A DNA stretch of 64,000 nt from Candidatus Babeliales bacterium (GTDB lineage Bacteria > Babelota > Babeliae > Babelales > JACPOV01). Position numbers and translations under genes: made by a program. The notes under the pieces were generated by a model that was given only the letters and a program-made list of their open reading frames with translations, searched no databases and had not been told where the DNA came from. The stretch is taken from the NCBI GenBank assembly GCA_050250855.1, contig JBFWNW010000001.1, positions 96,001 to 160,000 on the forward strand, read 5' to 3'. Below, piece after piece: positions 1-9,175 of this stretch (positions are counted from its first letter, which is position 1; every line of letters begins with the position of its first letter).

Positions 1-1
1 T

Positions 2-73
2 ATTAAAGATGAAGACAACAAAACTCCTTCTGATTACTATCCGCCAATTTTTAGTAAAAAATTCATGTATTAA
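2..73 (+). CDS. 3' end of an upstream ankyrin-repeat paralog (partial)
   Basis: Frame 2 reads IKDEDNKTPSDYYPPIFSKKFMY*, matching the IKDEENRTPFD ends of the next two genes. Confidence 0.65.
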   Translation: MKDEDNKTPSDYYPPIFSKKFMY

Positions 74-91
74 AAACTATGAGGAGTTTTC

Positions 92-1051
92 GTGAAAAAA
101 ATATTTACGCTGTTGAGTTTTGCACTCATTATCCATGGAACAAGCTTTAGTTCGGAAAAAGATAGTAAAAACTTTTTTGGTGTTCCTGAAGCGGCTCCTT
201 TTAAGCTAACAGATGAAGCATACGAGAAGAAGCTCGAGGAAGGATGGAAAAAGATAATAAAGGAAGCTTATAATAAGAAGCCGCAAAAGCAAGGTTTTGA
301 TAAATATGGTTATACACCCTTGATACATGCTATAAGAGTAGAAAAAAATAAAACAAAAGTAGAAAAGCTGCTAGCAGAAGGTGCTTCAGTAAATGAAAGA
401 GATATTCGAACTTTTACTCCTTTGCATTATGCTGCGCTTGAAGGTGATATAGAAATAATAAATATTTTAATTCAATGTAAGGCAAATCTTAATGCTCAAA
501 CAGATAATGGCCAAACGCCATTGCATTGGGCTAAGGATGGCAAAACGGTAAAATGCCTTTTGAGTTTGGGGGCGCTTATTCTTAAAGATAATAATTTGGA
601 GACACCATTGCTTTACGAGATTGGATCGCCATTGTTTGAAGAGGATGCAACTGATGCAGCAATAGAGCTCATTAAAAGTGGCAAAGAAGATCTTAATAAC
701 GCTAGTTTTTTAGAATGTGCTATAGAACTACAAAATTTTAAAATTATAACGAGTCTTGTTCAAGCGGGAGCTAAGGTTAATATTGTTAGTAATAGCGGTT
801 ATACCCCTTTACATACAGCTCTACATGAATTTGTTTTTAAAAGAGGCAACTTATCTATTGTACAATATTTACTTTCAAAGGGAGCGGATGTAAATGGTGG
901 TATTACTAGAGGAACAACTCCTTTGCATTTGGCTGTGTATAGCAAGAATAAAGAGCTTTGTAAGCTATTGTGTAAAGCTGGTGCTGATATAACCATTAAA
1001 GATGAAGAGAATCGAACTCCTTTTGACCTTGCTCTTGAACATTGGAAATAA
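92..1051 (+). CDS. Signal-peptide ankyrin-repeat protein
   Basis: Repeated TPLHxA/GAxVN motifs; hydrophobic N-terminus; GAGGAG RBS before GTG. Confidence 0.92.
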   Translation: MKKIFTLLSFALIIHGTSFSSEKDSKNFFGVPEAAPFKLTDEAYEKKLEEGWKKIIKEAYNKKPQKQGFDKYGYTPLIHAIRVEKNKTKVEKLLAEGASVNERDIRTFTPLHYAALEGDIEIINILIQCKANLNAQTDNGQTPLHWAKDGKTVKCLLSLGALILKDNNLETPLLYEIGSPLFEEDATDAAIELIKSGKEDLNNASFLECAIELQNFKIITSLVQAGAKVNIVSNSGYTPLHTALHEFVFKRGNLSIVQYLLSKGADVNGGITRGTTPLHLAVYSKNKELCKLLCKAGADITIKDEENRTPFDLALEHWK

Positions 1052-1116
1052 AAAAATAATGTATATACGAATCAGTAGTAAAAAATGAATGCATTAAAAA
1101 TTATTAGGGAGTTCTC

Positions 1117-2070
1117 GTGAAAAAAATGTTTACACTGTTGAGTTTTGCACTCATTATCCATGGAACAAGCTTTAGTTCGGAAAAAGATAGTAAAAACTTT
1201 TTTGGTGTTCCTGAAGGGGCTCCTTTTAAGCTAATATCTGAAGCATACGGGGAGAAGCTCGAGAAAGCGTTCAGTCCTGAAGAACGAGAGATAATAGATG
1301 AAGCTTATAATAAGGAGCTGCAAAAACGAGGTTTTGACGAATATGGTCTTACACCTTTAATGTATGCTATCAGAAAAGAAAAAAAGAAAATAAAAGTAGA
1401 AGAGTTGCTTGCAGAGGGTGCTTCAGTAAATGAAAGAGATATTCGAACTTTTACTCCTTTGCATCATGCTGCGATTGAAGGTGATACAGAAATAATAAAT
1501 ATTTTAATTCAATGTAAGGCAAATCTTAATGCTCAAACAGATGATGGCCAAACGCCATTGCATAAAGCTAAGGATGGCAAAACGGTAAAACATTTTTTGA
1601 GCTTGGGGGCGCTTATTCTTAAAGATAACAGTTGTATGACACCATTGCATCGAAAAATTCAGTCTACAAATATTGACGCAGCAAAAGAATTAATTTTAAG
1701 TGGCAAAGAAGATCTTGATGCTATTTCAGAATTTGGTAGCCCTTTGGAGCTGGCTATGAGTCAAGACAGCTTTGAAATTATGAAAATACTTATTCAGGCT
1801 GGAGCTAATGTTAATAAGTATAATCAATTTGGTACTCCTTTGCGGAGAGCTGTATTGCTGAGAAGTAGATTAACTATTGTGCAATATTTACTTTCACAAG
1901 GAGCAGATGTAAATGGGTGTATGGTTAGAGGATCAACTCCTTTGCATTTGGCTGTGTATTTAAAGAATAAAGAGCTTTGTGAACTATTATGTAAAGCTGG
2001 TGCTGATGTAACCATTAAAGATGAAGAGAATAGAACTCCTTTTGATCTTTTTCTTGAACATTGGCAATAA
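1117..2070 (+). CDS. Signal-peptide ankyrin-repeat protein, tandem paralog of 92..1051
   Basis: Near-identical N-terminus and several near-identical ANK repeats. Confidence 0.92.
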   Translation: MKKMFTLLSFALIIHGTSFSSEKDSKNFFGVPEGAPFKLISEAYGEKLEKAFSPEEREIIDEAYNKELQKRGFDEYGLTPLMYAIRKEKKKIKVEELLAEGASVNERDIRTFTPLHHAAIEGDTEIINILIQCKANLNAQTDDGQTPLHKAKDGKTVKHFLSLGALILKDNSCMTPLHRKIQSTNIDAAKELILSGKEDLDAISEFGSPLELAMSQDSFEIMKILIQAGANVNKYNQFGTPLRRAVLLRSRLTIVQYLLSQGADVNGCMVRGSTPLHLAVYLKNKELCELLCKAGADVTIKDEENRTPFDLFLEHWQ

Positions 2071-2079
2071 AAACAACGT

Positions 2080-2679
2080 ATGATGCACCAATCAGTAGAA
2101 TATGCGCAGTACAAAGCGCAACGAATAAAAGAGTTAATCCCTGAACTAAATCGGCAGGGGGTGACTATTCTTGATATTGGTTGCGCTGATGGCACCATGA
2201 CATTTTACTTACAAGAGCTTTTTTTTGAAAGTAAGGTCGTTGGTGTGGATCAAGATTTAGAAAAGCTTGCGCAAGCACAAAAAAAATTTCCTGCCATTAC
2301 GTTTCAAACGACTGATACAGTTTTAAAAAAAAGTTGGGATGCAATAATTATTGCTGATGTTCTGCATCACGTGCCATGCAAAGAACGTGCAAACGTAGTT
2401 CAGCAGTTTATGAGCTTAGTAAAACCGGGTGGTTTTTGTATAGTGCTCGAAATAAATCCCTGGCATTACGCTTCACGCCATGAATTTTATAACAATCCTG
2501 AAGAAAAAAATGCACAGATGCTTTCGCCATTTCAAGCATGGCGTTTAGTACGTAGGTATGGATCTTTTAGTTTTTATAGTTTTTCATTACCGTGGCCGCT
2601 GCATGGAGTAGAAACTTTTTTGTGCAAGGTGCCACTTGGCTCTTTGTATGTATTTAGAATAAAAAAGGGCGCCGATTAA
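2080..2679 (+). CDS. Class I SAM-dependent methyltransferase
   Basis: ILDIGCADG motif I; DVLHH; LVKPGG. Confidence 0.85.
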   Translation: MMHQSVEYAQYKAQRIKELIPELNRQGVTILDIGCADGTMTFYLQELFFESKVVGVDQDLEKLAQAQKKFPAITFQTTDTVLKKSWDAIIIADVLHHVPCKERANVVQQFMSLVKPGGFCIVLEINPWHYASRHEFYNNPEEKNAQMLSPFQAWRLVRRYGSFSFYSFSLPWPLHGVETFLCKVPLGSLYVFRIKKGAD

Positions 2680-2688
2680 GCGCCCTTT
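2664..2688. terminator. Probable bidirectional intrinsic terminator
   Basis: aaagggcgc-cgattaa-gcgcccttt hairpin between convergent genes. Confidence 0.7.
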
Positions 2689-2701
2689 AAAATAGTTCTT
2701 T

Positions 2702-3121
2702 TTACTCTAAAAGTTTTTCTAACTTTTCACTTTCCGTGTTTTGTGTACTTATAGCTGCAGCAGCGCTTGCAGTATCTTGTGCTTTAACAGCGCGTGGAAT
2801 TCTGCGAGGTTTTTCTATAACCTGTTCATAAACAACAGGTTGTTGCTGTTCAACGACTACCGGTTGGTAATAACCGTCATAATAGCCGTTACCGACACCA
2901 AAGCCTAAGCCTGTGCCAAAACCAACACCAAAGCCCACACCAGGACCCCACCAGCCGCCACGTCTACCCCAGCCGCCGCCGCCCCAGCCGCCACGGCCAC
3001 GACCGCCGCCGCCAAAACCTCGGCCGCCGCCACCGCCTCGACCACCACGAGCTTCAAGCTCCAGGGTTTGTAAACCTATAAAACCTATAAATATGAGAGC
3101 AATTAATTTTTTTAACTTCAT
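2702..3121 (-). CDS. Secreted Gly/Arg/Trp-rich low-complexity protein
   Basis: GAGGAG RBS before ATG at 3121; signal peptide, then RGG/GGW/GFG repeats. Confidence 0.75.
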   Translation of the reverse strand: MKLKKLIALIFIGFIGLQTLELEARGGRGGGGGRGFGGGGRGRGGWGGGGWGRRGGWWGPGVGFGVGFGTGLGFGVGNGYYDGYYQPVVVEQQQPVVYEQVIEKPRRIPRAVKAQDTASAAAAISTQNTESEKLEKLLE

Positions 3122-3305
3122 TATATTCTCCTCAAATAGTTCTTTTTTACAACTAATCATCTCTTACTATACGAAAAAATGGCCTTATTTAGCAATAAAT
3201 TTGAATTTTATTTTTATTATGCAATAAAGAGATAGGGGCATATTCTTGCCTTTTAGGGGTCGGCCCAGGTATACTCTAAAGAAAGTAATGTATAGGGGAT
3301 TTATC

Positions 3306-3743
3306 ATGAAACGTATAGTTGTTATGCTATCACTAGTCTTTGCACTCAATCTTGGTGCAGCCCAGGTCCAAAAAACGAATAGCGAGCATTATGAAAAGCT
3401 CAAAAAAGCTCTGGGGTATGATCCGGAAGTGGAAGCATTTGATGCTTTGCGTCGTTTAGTTTTTGAGCATGCAAAAGGTAAATTTGGTGTAGAATATTTA
3501 AAAAATAAAAAAGAGCTTCTTGTCTACATACATCCAAAAGGTGATACTGATACCAGCGGTGTTTTTGTAGATTTTAAAAATCAACATGGTATTGTTTTTA
3601 AATTTCCCGATGATCAAACAACTAAAAAACTGAACGATAAAAAAGTTTTAGAACTAATACAAAACTATATAGAAGAACTTTATAAGCCACAAAAACTTTC
3701 TGTTTTTGGTGATAGAGAACGCATAGAAGAGTTGCTTAAATAA
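3306..3743 (+). CDS. Secreted hypothetical protein (GYDPEV family, paralog of 4673..5425)
   Basis: Signal peptide from ATG 3306; shares GYDPEV..ALRR and Y.ELY.P.KLS with 4673..5425. Confidence 0.7.
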   Translation: MKRIVVMLSLVFALNLGAAQVQKTNSEHYEKLKKALGYDPEVEAFDALRRLVFEHAKGKFGVEYLKNKKELLVYIHPKGDTDTSGVFVDFKNQHGIVFKFPDDQTTKKLNDKKVLELIQNYIEELYKPQKLSVFGDRERIEELLK

Positions 3744-4431
3744 TAGTGCACCAGCTGCCTTGTTGCTGCTCTGGTGTGGGAGTTTCTTCAGTTTCTAGAT
3801 TAAATTTTTTATCATAAAGTTTCTTGAACGCCGTATAAGATTCTTTTTGTTGAATATCTGGGTCGTTTATAATTTTTTCCAACCACGTAGTAGTATTTTC
3901 ATCTGCCTTTGTGCAAAGCTCTAAAAGTTTTTCTGCTTGCTCAAGTTTACCTTGTTGCAGCGCGTATAAAAGGGGCGTTACGCCATGTTCATTAGGAAAA
4001 AGTTTGATATGGTCTAATCTAATAAGTTCTGAAAAGAAATAGTTATTTCCAGATGCCAATGCATCTTGTACTATTGAGCGGCAACGTGCTTGATCAAGAC
4101 GTACATTGATGGTGCATGAGCCTTGGTGATTCTCTATTTTAAATTCTGGATTTTTTATAATCTTATCAAAAATATCCTTATCATTTAAAATAATTGCCGC
4201 ACATAAAGGAGTAATGAGCCGCCCTAAAGCGGACTTAAGTTCAAAGGGTTTTTCACCATTAACTTGTCGATCATTGAGTAGATTCAAGATTTTTTGCTTA
4301 TTTTCAGGGTTATAGTTATTAAAAGCTTCATGCAGCTGTGGCGTTTTATCGCCATAATTTTCTATAAAGTACATCATGCTGTAATTGTATGAAATGGTAA
4401 GCAGCGCAAAAACTAGTATTCGTATTTTCAT
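3736..4431 (-). CDS. Signal-peptide ankyrin-like protein with C-terminal CaaX (CTII)
   Basis: HGVTPLLYALQQGK ANK motif; ends SWCTII*; AGGA RBS before ATG 4431. Confidence 0.75.
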   Translation of the reverse strand: MKIRILVFALLTISYNYSMMYFIENYGDKTPQLHEAFNNYNPENKQKILNLLNDRQVNGEKPFELKSALGRLITPLCAAIILNDKDIFDKIIKNPEFKIENHQGSCTINVRLDQARCRSIVQDALASGNNYFFSELIRLDHIKLFPNEHGVTPLLYALQQGKLEQAEKLLELCTKADENTTTWLEKIINDPDIQQKESYTAFKKLYDKKFNLETEETPTPEQQQGSWCTII

Positions 4432-4456
4432 AAAAATCCTTATTTTTATTGTTCCA

Positions 4457-4546
4457 TTCGCACCCTTCGACAAGCTCAGGGCGAACGGAATAAAAAAATA
4501 GCTAGATTATGGCCGTTCGTGCTGAGCTCGTCGAAGCATTCGAACG
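4457..4546. repeat. REP/REPIN-like inverted pair of palindromic arms
   Basis: ttcgcacccttcgacaagctcagggcgaacgg ... ccgttcgtgctgagctcgtcgaagcattcgaacg; inverted copy at 13398-13556. Confidence 0.85.
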
Positions 4547-4672
4547 GTAGTGAATATCTTATGGATAAATTCTAAGATAAAAGCTAACAGGCTCATTCTA
4601 CATTTTTTTAGTGGTTTTTTGCAATATGTATGTGATACACTTAAAAAAAACTAAAATAAAAAAAGGATTTTA

Positions 4673-5425
4673 GTGAAGTGCTCGTATATGTACCTCATTT
4701 TTTTAGTAGGTCATCTGCATGCTGCCGAGCCAGAACAAGCATATAAAAATCTCGTGCATACCATTGGCTATGACCCTGAAGTACGTATGTTTCAGGCATT
4801 GCGGCGTGAGCATTTTGACCATACGAACGAAGATTTTGGCATCGATTATTTTAAAGAATCACCACTTACCTTATATGTGCATGGCGCGCAAGAAACGGGT
4901 GATTATGCGTATGAACATACGGTTGAAGGTATTTTTGGTAACGTGTGTACTTTTGATTTTTCTGTCTACAGCTCAACGCACGAATTTCTTCAATATAATC
5001 AAAAGCATGCATTGATTGTAGAAGCTATTGCACAGTATGTACAAGAGCTGTATCAACCAAAAAAGCTTTCGTTATGTACCACGTCTGATGAAGGTTTTAG
5101 TGTGCTTGCTTATATTGCCTTGCGCCCTAAGGTTAGCTTTAATAATATTATTATTAATTTGATAGATTCTGCAAAAGCAATGAATCAAAAAAGCATGCTA
5201 ATAAAAAAATGGCAAAAAGCGCGATTGCACCGTTTGCAGCGCATAAAAAATGAAAAAATGTTGAGCTTGTATGAACAAAATAAAAAACATGCAACGACTG
5301 GTCCTCAGTTGCCTCAGATTTTAAAATTTGCTCATCAAAAGCAACCTGCAAAGCAACCAGTCAAACAGCGTGAGAAGCAGAAGCCCATGCCATTTTATAT
5401 GAAGATTTTTGGTTTTGATTACTAA
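4673..5425 (+). CDS. Secreted hypothetical protein (GYDPEV family)
   Basis: Signal peptide; homologous blocks with 3306..3743; AAGGA RBS. Confidence 0.7.
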   Translation: MKCSYMYLIFLVGHLHAAEPEQAYKNLVHTIGYDPEVRMFQALRREHFDHTNEDFGIDYFKESPLTLYVHGAQETGDYAYEHTVEGIFGNVCTFDFSVYSSTHEFLQYNQKHALIVEAIAQYVQELYQPKKLSLCTTSDEGFSVLAYIALRPKVSFNNIIINLIDSAKAMNQKSMLIKKWQKARLHRLQRIKNEKMLSLYEQNKKHATTGPQLPQILKFAHQKQPAKQPVKQREKQKPMPFYMKIFGFDY

Positions 5426-5427
5426 GC

Positions 5428-7251
5428 TTATTTCACCACCACATGGCTTATTACCTGGAACTTCCAATCCTTCGGGAACGTTTTTCCTATGGTCAGCATA
5501 CCGTAGGTGTCAAAATTGTAGTTAAGACCTTTACCGAAATTACTATCTGGTGAAACATTAAAGGTTGCCACAATGCCGGGCCAAATTTCATGATTTTGTG
5601 TCGCCTTGCTTTGCCATAATTTACCAACGCCTGGTGTTCTACCAAATTCATTACCATAAACAATTAAATTCATCATATCATTTAAATTATCATCGTGCTG
5701 GTGCGCGCGGAAAACGCCGATGACTTTTGAATTTTTTGACGAGCTATGGCCAAGAATATCTTTAGTGAAATTTTTGCCAAAGGTGTAAGCACCGCGCCGA
5801 GAATTGTTCCAAAATTCAAGATTATCTTGAACAATAAAATCATTCCACATAAAACCAAGAGTATGAGGATTCATTGGGCTTATTAGCGTTATATTTTTAA
5901 AATTAACATCATGGTCCTTATAGGAATCTTTATTAGGCATGCTAGCAAAATTATCTCCACGTTTTAATTCTGAAGGCAACCATTGATAAGCAATTGGTTC
6001 TATTTTTGAATCTAAGAGTGCTTGTGGTAAATAGCCAAGCTCCATGCCGCCATGGTTGCACTGCAGATAATCTGTTGGTGAACCGACATAAATTACAACG
6101 GGCATAAGTTCATAGATTTTAGCAATTTCTTTATTTACTAAATTTACTGGGATTTCAATATCTTTATTTTCAGTCCATTTAATTTTTTCTTTTATGTTTT
6201 TTTCAGGAAATTTTTTCTTGAGCTCATCCTGAAACCCATAGCGAGCCGTAATAGCAACGTCCTCATGATTACCACGGGCTAAAAATACTTTATCAGGATT
6301 TGCAATTTTTAAGCGCAGGAGGGTGTAAATAACTTCGGTGCCGTAATTGCCACGGTCCGTATAATCTCCTAAGAATACAATGTAAAAGTTGTCTTTTTTT
6401 ATAGTAAAACCATCATTTAAATAATTATTTTTTCTTAATTCTTCCAGATACTTAACTAAAGAATGCACATCGCCATGCAGATCGCCATGGAAAGCAACTT
6501 CTGTGCCTGGAGGTAATGAAAGTTTTTGTGCATAGGGTCTAAAGGTTGGGTTTGTAAAGAATTCATTACCAGGTTCATTGCCGCCAACCCAAAGTTTTTG
6601 TTGCAGTTGGGTTTGCATGACATCAATAAAGGCATTAACTGCTATTATTACTTCATCAGCGGTAAGCTTTGCCGGTTTATTGAATGCTTGGCCTTCTGTA
6701 CGATAATAGGGTAGTTCTTCTTCGCATGCTTTAAACCACTCGCTGAATTTTGGATAAGCAAAGACAACGGCTTGTTTTTCAGATTTAATTTTTTGCTGCT
6801 GCTGTTCTTGCTCTTTATGTTTACGTTCTTCTTCCTGCTGTTCCTTTTGTCTACGTTCTTTTTCTAAACGTTCTTGTTCTTCTTTTTGCTTGCGCTCCTG
6901 CTCTTGGCGCTGACGCTCTTGTTCTAAACGTTCTTGGTCTCTTTGTTTGCGCTCTTGCTCTTCTTTACGTTTTTGCTCTAGCTCTTGCTGTTCTCTGCGC
7001 TTACGCTCCTGCTCTTGGCGTTCTCGTTCTAAACGCTCTTGCTGTTCTTTTTGCCTGCGCTCTTGTTCCTGCCGTTCTTTTTCTTTCTGTGCAGATTGCT
7101 GTGTTTCAGGTAGCTTATCAAGCTGTGTTTGCAACCCTTCAAGTTGTTTTTGTAAATTAAAAAGGTCTTGCTGTAGTTGTTGGTCAGCCTGCAGCATGCT
7201 GGTACTAAAAATGATTGCGAGTAAAAAGCGTTTTATACCTATTGTTTTCAT
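5428..7251 (-). CDS. Secreted PPP-family (calcineurin-like) Ser/Thr phosphatase with N-terminal Q/E/R/K coiled coil
   Basis: GDLHG, GDYTDRG, RGNHE, HGG and RAHQ motifs; signal peptide. Confidence 0.88.
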   Translation of the reverse strand: MKTIGIKRFLLAIIFSTSMLQADQQLQQDLFNLQKQLEGLQTQLDKLPETQQSAQKEKERQEQERRQKEQQERLERERQEQERKRREQQELEQKRKEEQERKQRDQERLEQERQRQEQERKQKEEQERLEKERRQKEQQEEERKHKEQEQQQQKIKSEKQAVVFAYPKFSEWFKACEEELPYYRTEGQAFNKPAKLTADEVIIAVNAFIDVMQTQLQQKLWVGGNEPGNEFFTNPTFRPYAQKLSLPPGTEVAFHGDLHGDVHSLVKYLEELRKNNYLNDGFTIKKDNFYIVFLGDYTDRGNYGTEVIYTLLRLKIANPDKVFLARGNHEDVAITARYGFQDELKKKFPEKNIKEKIKWTENKDIEIPVNLVNKEIAKIYELMPVVIYVGSPTDYLQCNHGGMELGYLPQALLDSKIEPIAYQWLPSELKRGDNFASMPNKDSYKDHDVNFKNITLISPMNPHTLGFMWNDFIVQDNLEFWNNSRRGAYTFGKNFTKDILGHSSSKNSKVIGVFRAHQHDDNLNDMMNLIVYGNEFGRTPGVGKLWQSKATQNHEIWPGIVATFNVSPDSNFGKGLNYNFDTYGMLTIGKTFPKDWKFQVISHVVVK

Positions 7252-7319
7252 AAAAATCCTTTTTACTTGATAATTAACGTAATCCGATCTAAGTTCAGTA
7301 TATTTTAAATTCTATATCT

Positions 7320-7495
7320 CGTTCGTGGTGAGGAGTCCGGCGTAGTTTAACGAAGCCTGGACATCTCGAACCATTCGAACTCAAATTTAAAAATTATATA
7401 TTTTTTAGGATTCCATTATGGTTCGAGACGCAAACTAAATAAGTTTGCTCCTCACCACGAACGGAATTTAAATATTCTTAATAATCGATTGATTC
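7320..7495. repeat. Composite palindromic repeat element
   Basis: cgttcgtggtgag...tctcgaaccat / atggttcgag...ctcaccacgaacgg inverted arms; AT spacer and right flank shared with 20871-21095. Confidence 0.85.
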
Positions 7496-7570
7496 ATTGG
7501 TTTATTGCTATAAAAATAGTATACGCATGCAGGTAAAATAGAAGTCAAGAAAATCAGGCAGTAAATTCTT

Positions 7571-9115
7571 TTAAAAGATTATACAACCGCAGCCATTCTG
7601 AGGTATATAGTCTTGTGGATAGAATGTTGGTATATAGAATAATGGTAGATTTTTAATCTTTTCTTCATAAGCTTTTTCAAGCTCTTGGTAGCTAAATTTT
7701 TGCATATATTCTAAAGCTTTTGGATCAGATTTTTTAATTTTTTCTATAATTTTGAAAGCACCTTCTAGCTTGCCTTTTAGAATAGCTGTTTGCAGCAATG
7801 TTTCTTCATCTGCACTATAATCGAGTTGAAAGTTAGGATGCTCAATGAGCCTATTAAAAAATGTATCATTGCTTGATTGAAGAGAATCAGAGAGTATTTC
7901 TTTACGCATTGCTTGTTTGCAATCTTCATGAGAAAATTGATTAAAAGCGGGAAGCTCCAAAAGATCAAAAAACATTTTTTCTTGATTATTTTCTATGGCA
8001 GAGGATAGTGCTTTTTGATAATTATAAGAATGAAGAGAGAATTCAGGATGTTTGGTGAGTAGTTCAAAAAAATCAGTGTTACCATGTTTTATGACCTTAT
8101 TTAACCATAAGTTTTCTCTAAAAAGTTGTTGAGGTTCGAAAATTTCTAAGATAATTCTTCCTAAGATAAGGTCATTGTAGTCTGTAGCGGAAGAAAGCCA
8201 ATAATTTTCTTGAGGGATGCTTTTTTTAAAAGCTCTCAATAACAGGTTAATTTTTTTATAGTTTTGAGGCTTAGAATCTTTATGATTAGAATAATAGTTG
8301 TCGAGTTCCCGAGAAAGTATACCATTCTCTCTTTTTGGATCATTATACGTTTTGACTATACGTACTGCTTGCTTTACAAGTGCTATTTCTTGATCGGTAC
8401 AATCTTTTAAGCAGTCAGTAATTTTAGTATTATCTTGGTACAACTTGTGCAAAGCACGTTTCGTGCTCAGAAGAATTCTTGCATATCCTTCAGAAATAGG
8501 TTTTTGTGAAAAGTTTTTTTGTATGGTGGCAACTAATGTATCATCTAATAATGATGCTTCTTTGTTAAATGCCGGGCAGGTATTGCAGAGCGTTGCAATA
8601 TGCGGCATTAACATTTTTTTCTCTGCCATAAGCGTGAGAAGTTTTTGTTTGTCTTCGGGTGTTTCATTATGCTTTAAAAACCAATCTTGTGCACCTTTTA
8701 AAGGGAGCATCATGGCAGCTTTAAGATCAAAATCATTTTTATTCTCTTGATAATATGAAGCGAGAGCTTCATGGTAATCAAAAATTATATCGTCTAGGTC
8801 TTCAGATTGGGCAACTTTTTGCGCTTCTTGCTTTTTGCGTAGATTTTTGCGAAATTTACGCTCTGCAAGATTATGCCCCAAGCTCGTGATAAGATTTTTT
8901 ATACTCTGTTCTTGGTTAAGAACGTTGTTAAATTTTTTGCATACTAAAGAAAGATTTTTAAGAGTTGTTTGTGCATCTTGAGGATTTTCAAAATGAGCAG
9001 TTTGGATCATTATTTCCTGCAACAAAGTATCCGTATTTAATACTTGTTGTAAAGCAGTTTCAGCACAAAAAACAGACGTTGAATATATAAGGAGAAAAAT
9101 AACTAGTTTTTTCAT
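7571..9115 (-). CDS. Signal-peptide F-box-like + ankyrin-like protein with C-terminal CaaX (CIIF)
   Basis: LLQEIM...LKNLSLVCKKFNNVL F-box-like motif; degenerate ANK repeats homologous to 3736..4431; ends GCGCIIF*. Confidence 0.7.
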   Translation of the reverse strand: MKKLVIFLLIYSTSVFCAETALQQVLNTDTLLQEIMIQTAHFENPQDAQTTLKNLSLVCKKFNNVLNQEQSIKNLITSLGHNLAERKFRKNLRKKQEAQKVAQSEDLDDIIFDYHEALASYYQENKNDFDLKAAMMLPLKGAQDWFLKHNETPEDKQKLLTLMAEKKMLMPHIATLCNTCPAFNKEASLLDDTLVATIQKNFSQKPISEGYARILLSTKRALHKLYQDNTKITDCLKDCTDQEIALVKQAVRIVKTYNDPKRENGILSRELDNYYSNHKDSKPQNYKKINLLLRAFKKSIPQENYWLSSATDYNDLILGRIILEIFEPQQLFRENLWLNKVIKHGNTDFFELLTKHPEFSLHSYNYQKALSSAIENNQEKMFFDLLELPAFNQFSHEDCKQAMRKEILSDSLQSSNDTFFNRLIEHPNFQLDYSADEETLLQTAILKGKLEGAFKIIEKIKKSDPKALEYMQKFSYQELEKAYEEKIKNLPLFYIPTFYPQDYIPQNGCGCIIF

Positions 9116-9175
9116 AAAACCCCTACGTTTAAATTTTTACTTAAAGATAGAGGTCTTATATTTTTTGTCAAAAAA

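Noticed and set aside
2913..3227. Pro-rich ORF on the + strand
   Set aside because: Antisense mirror of the Gly-rich gene, which has the RBS and signal peptide
4513..4546. Hammerhead ribozyme reading of CTGAG...CGAA arms
   Set aside because: Lacks the full CUGAnGA/GAAA core, third stem and NUH site; the pattern fits a simple hairpin with tandem G-A
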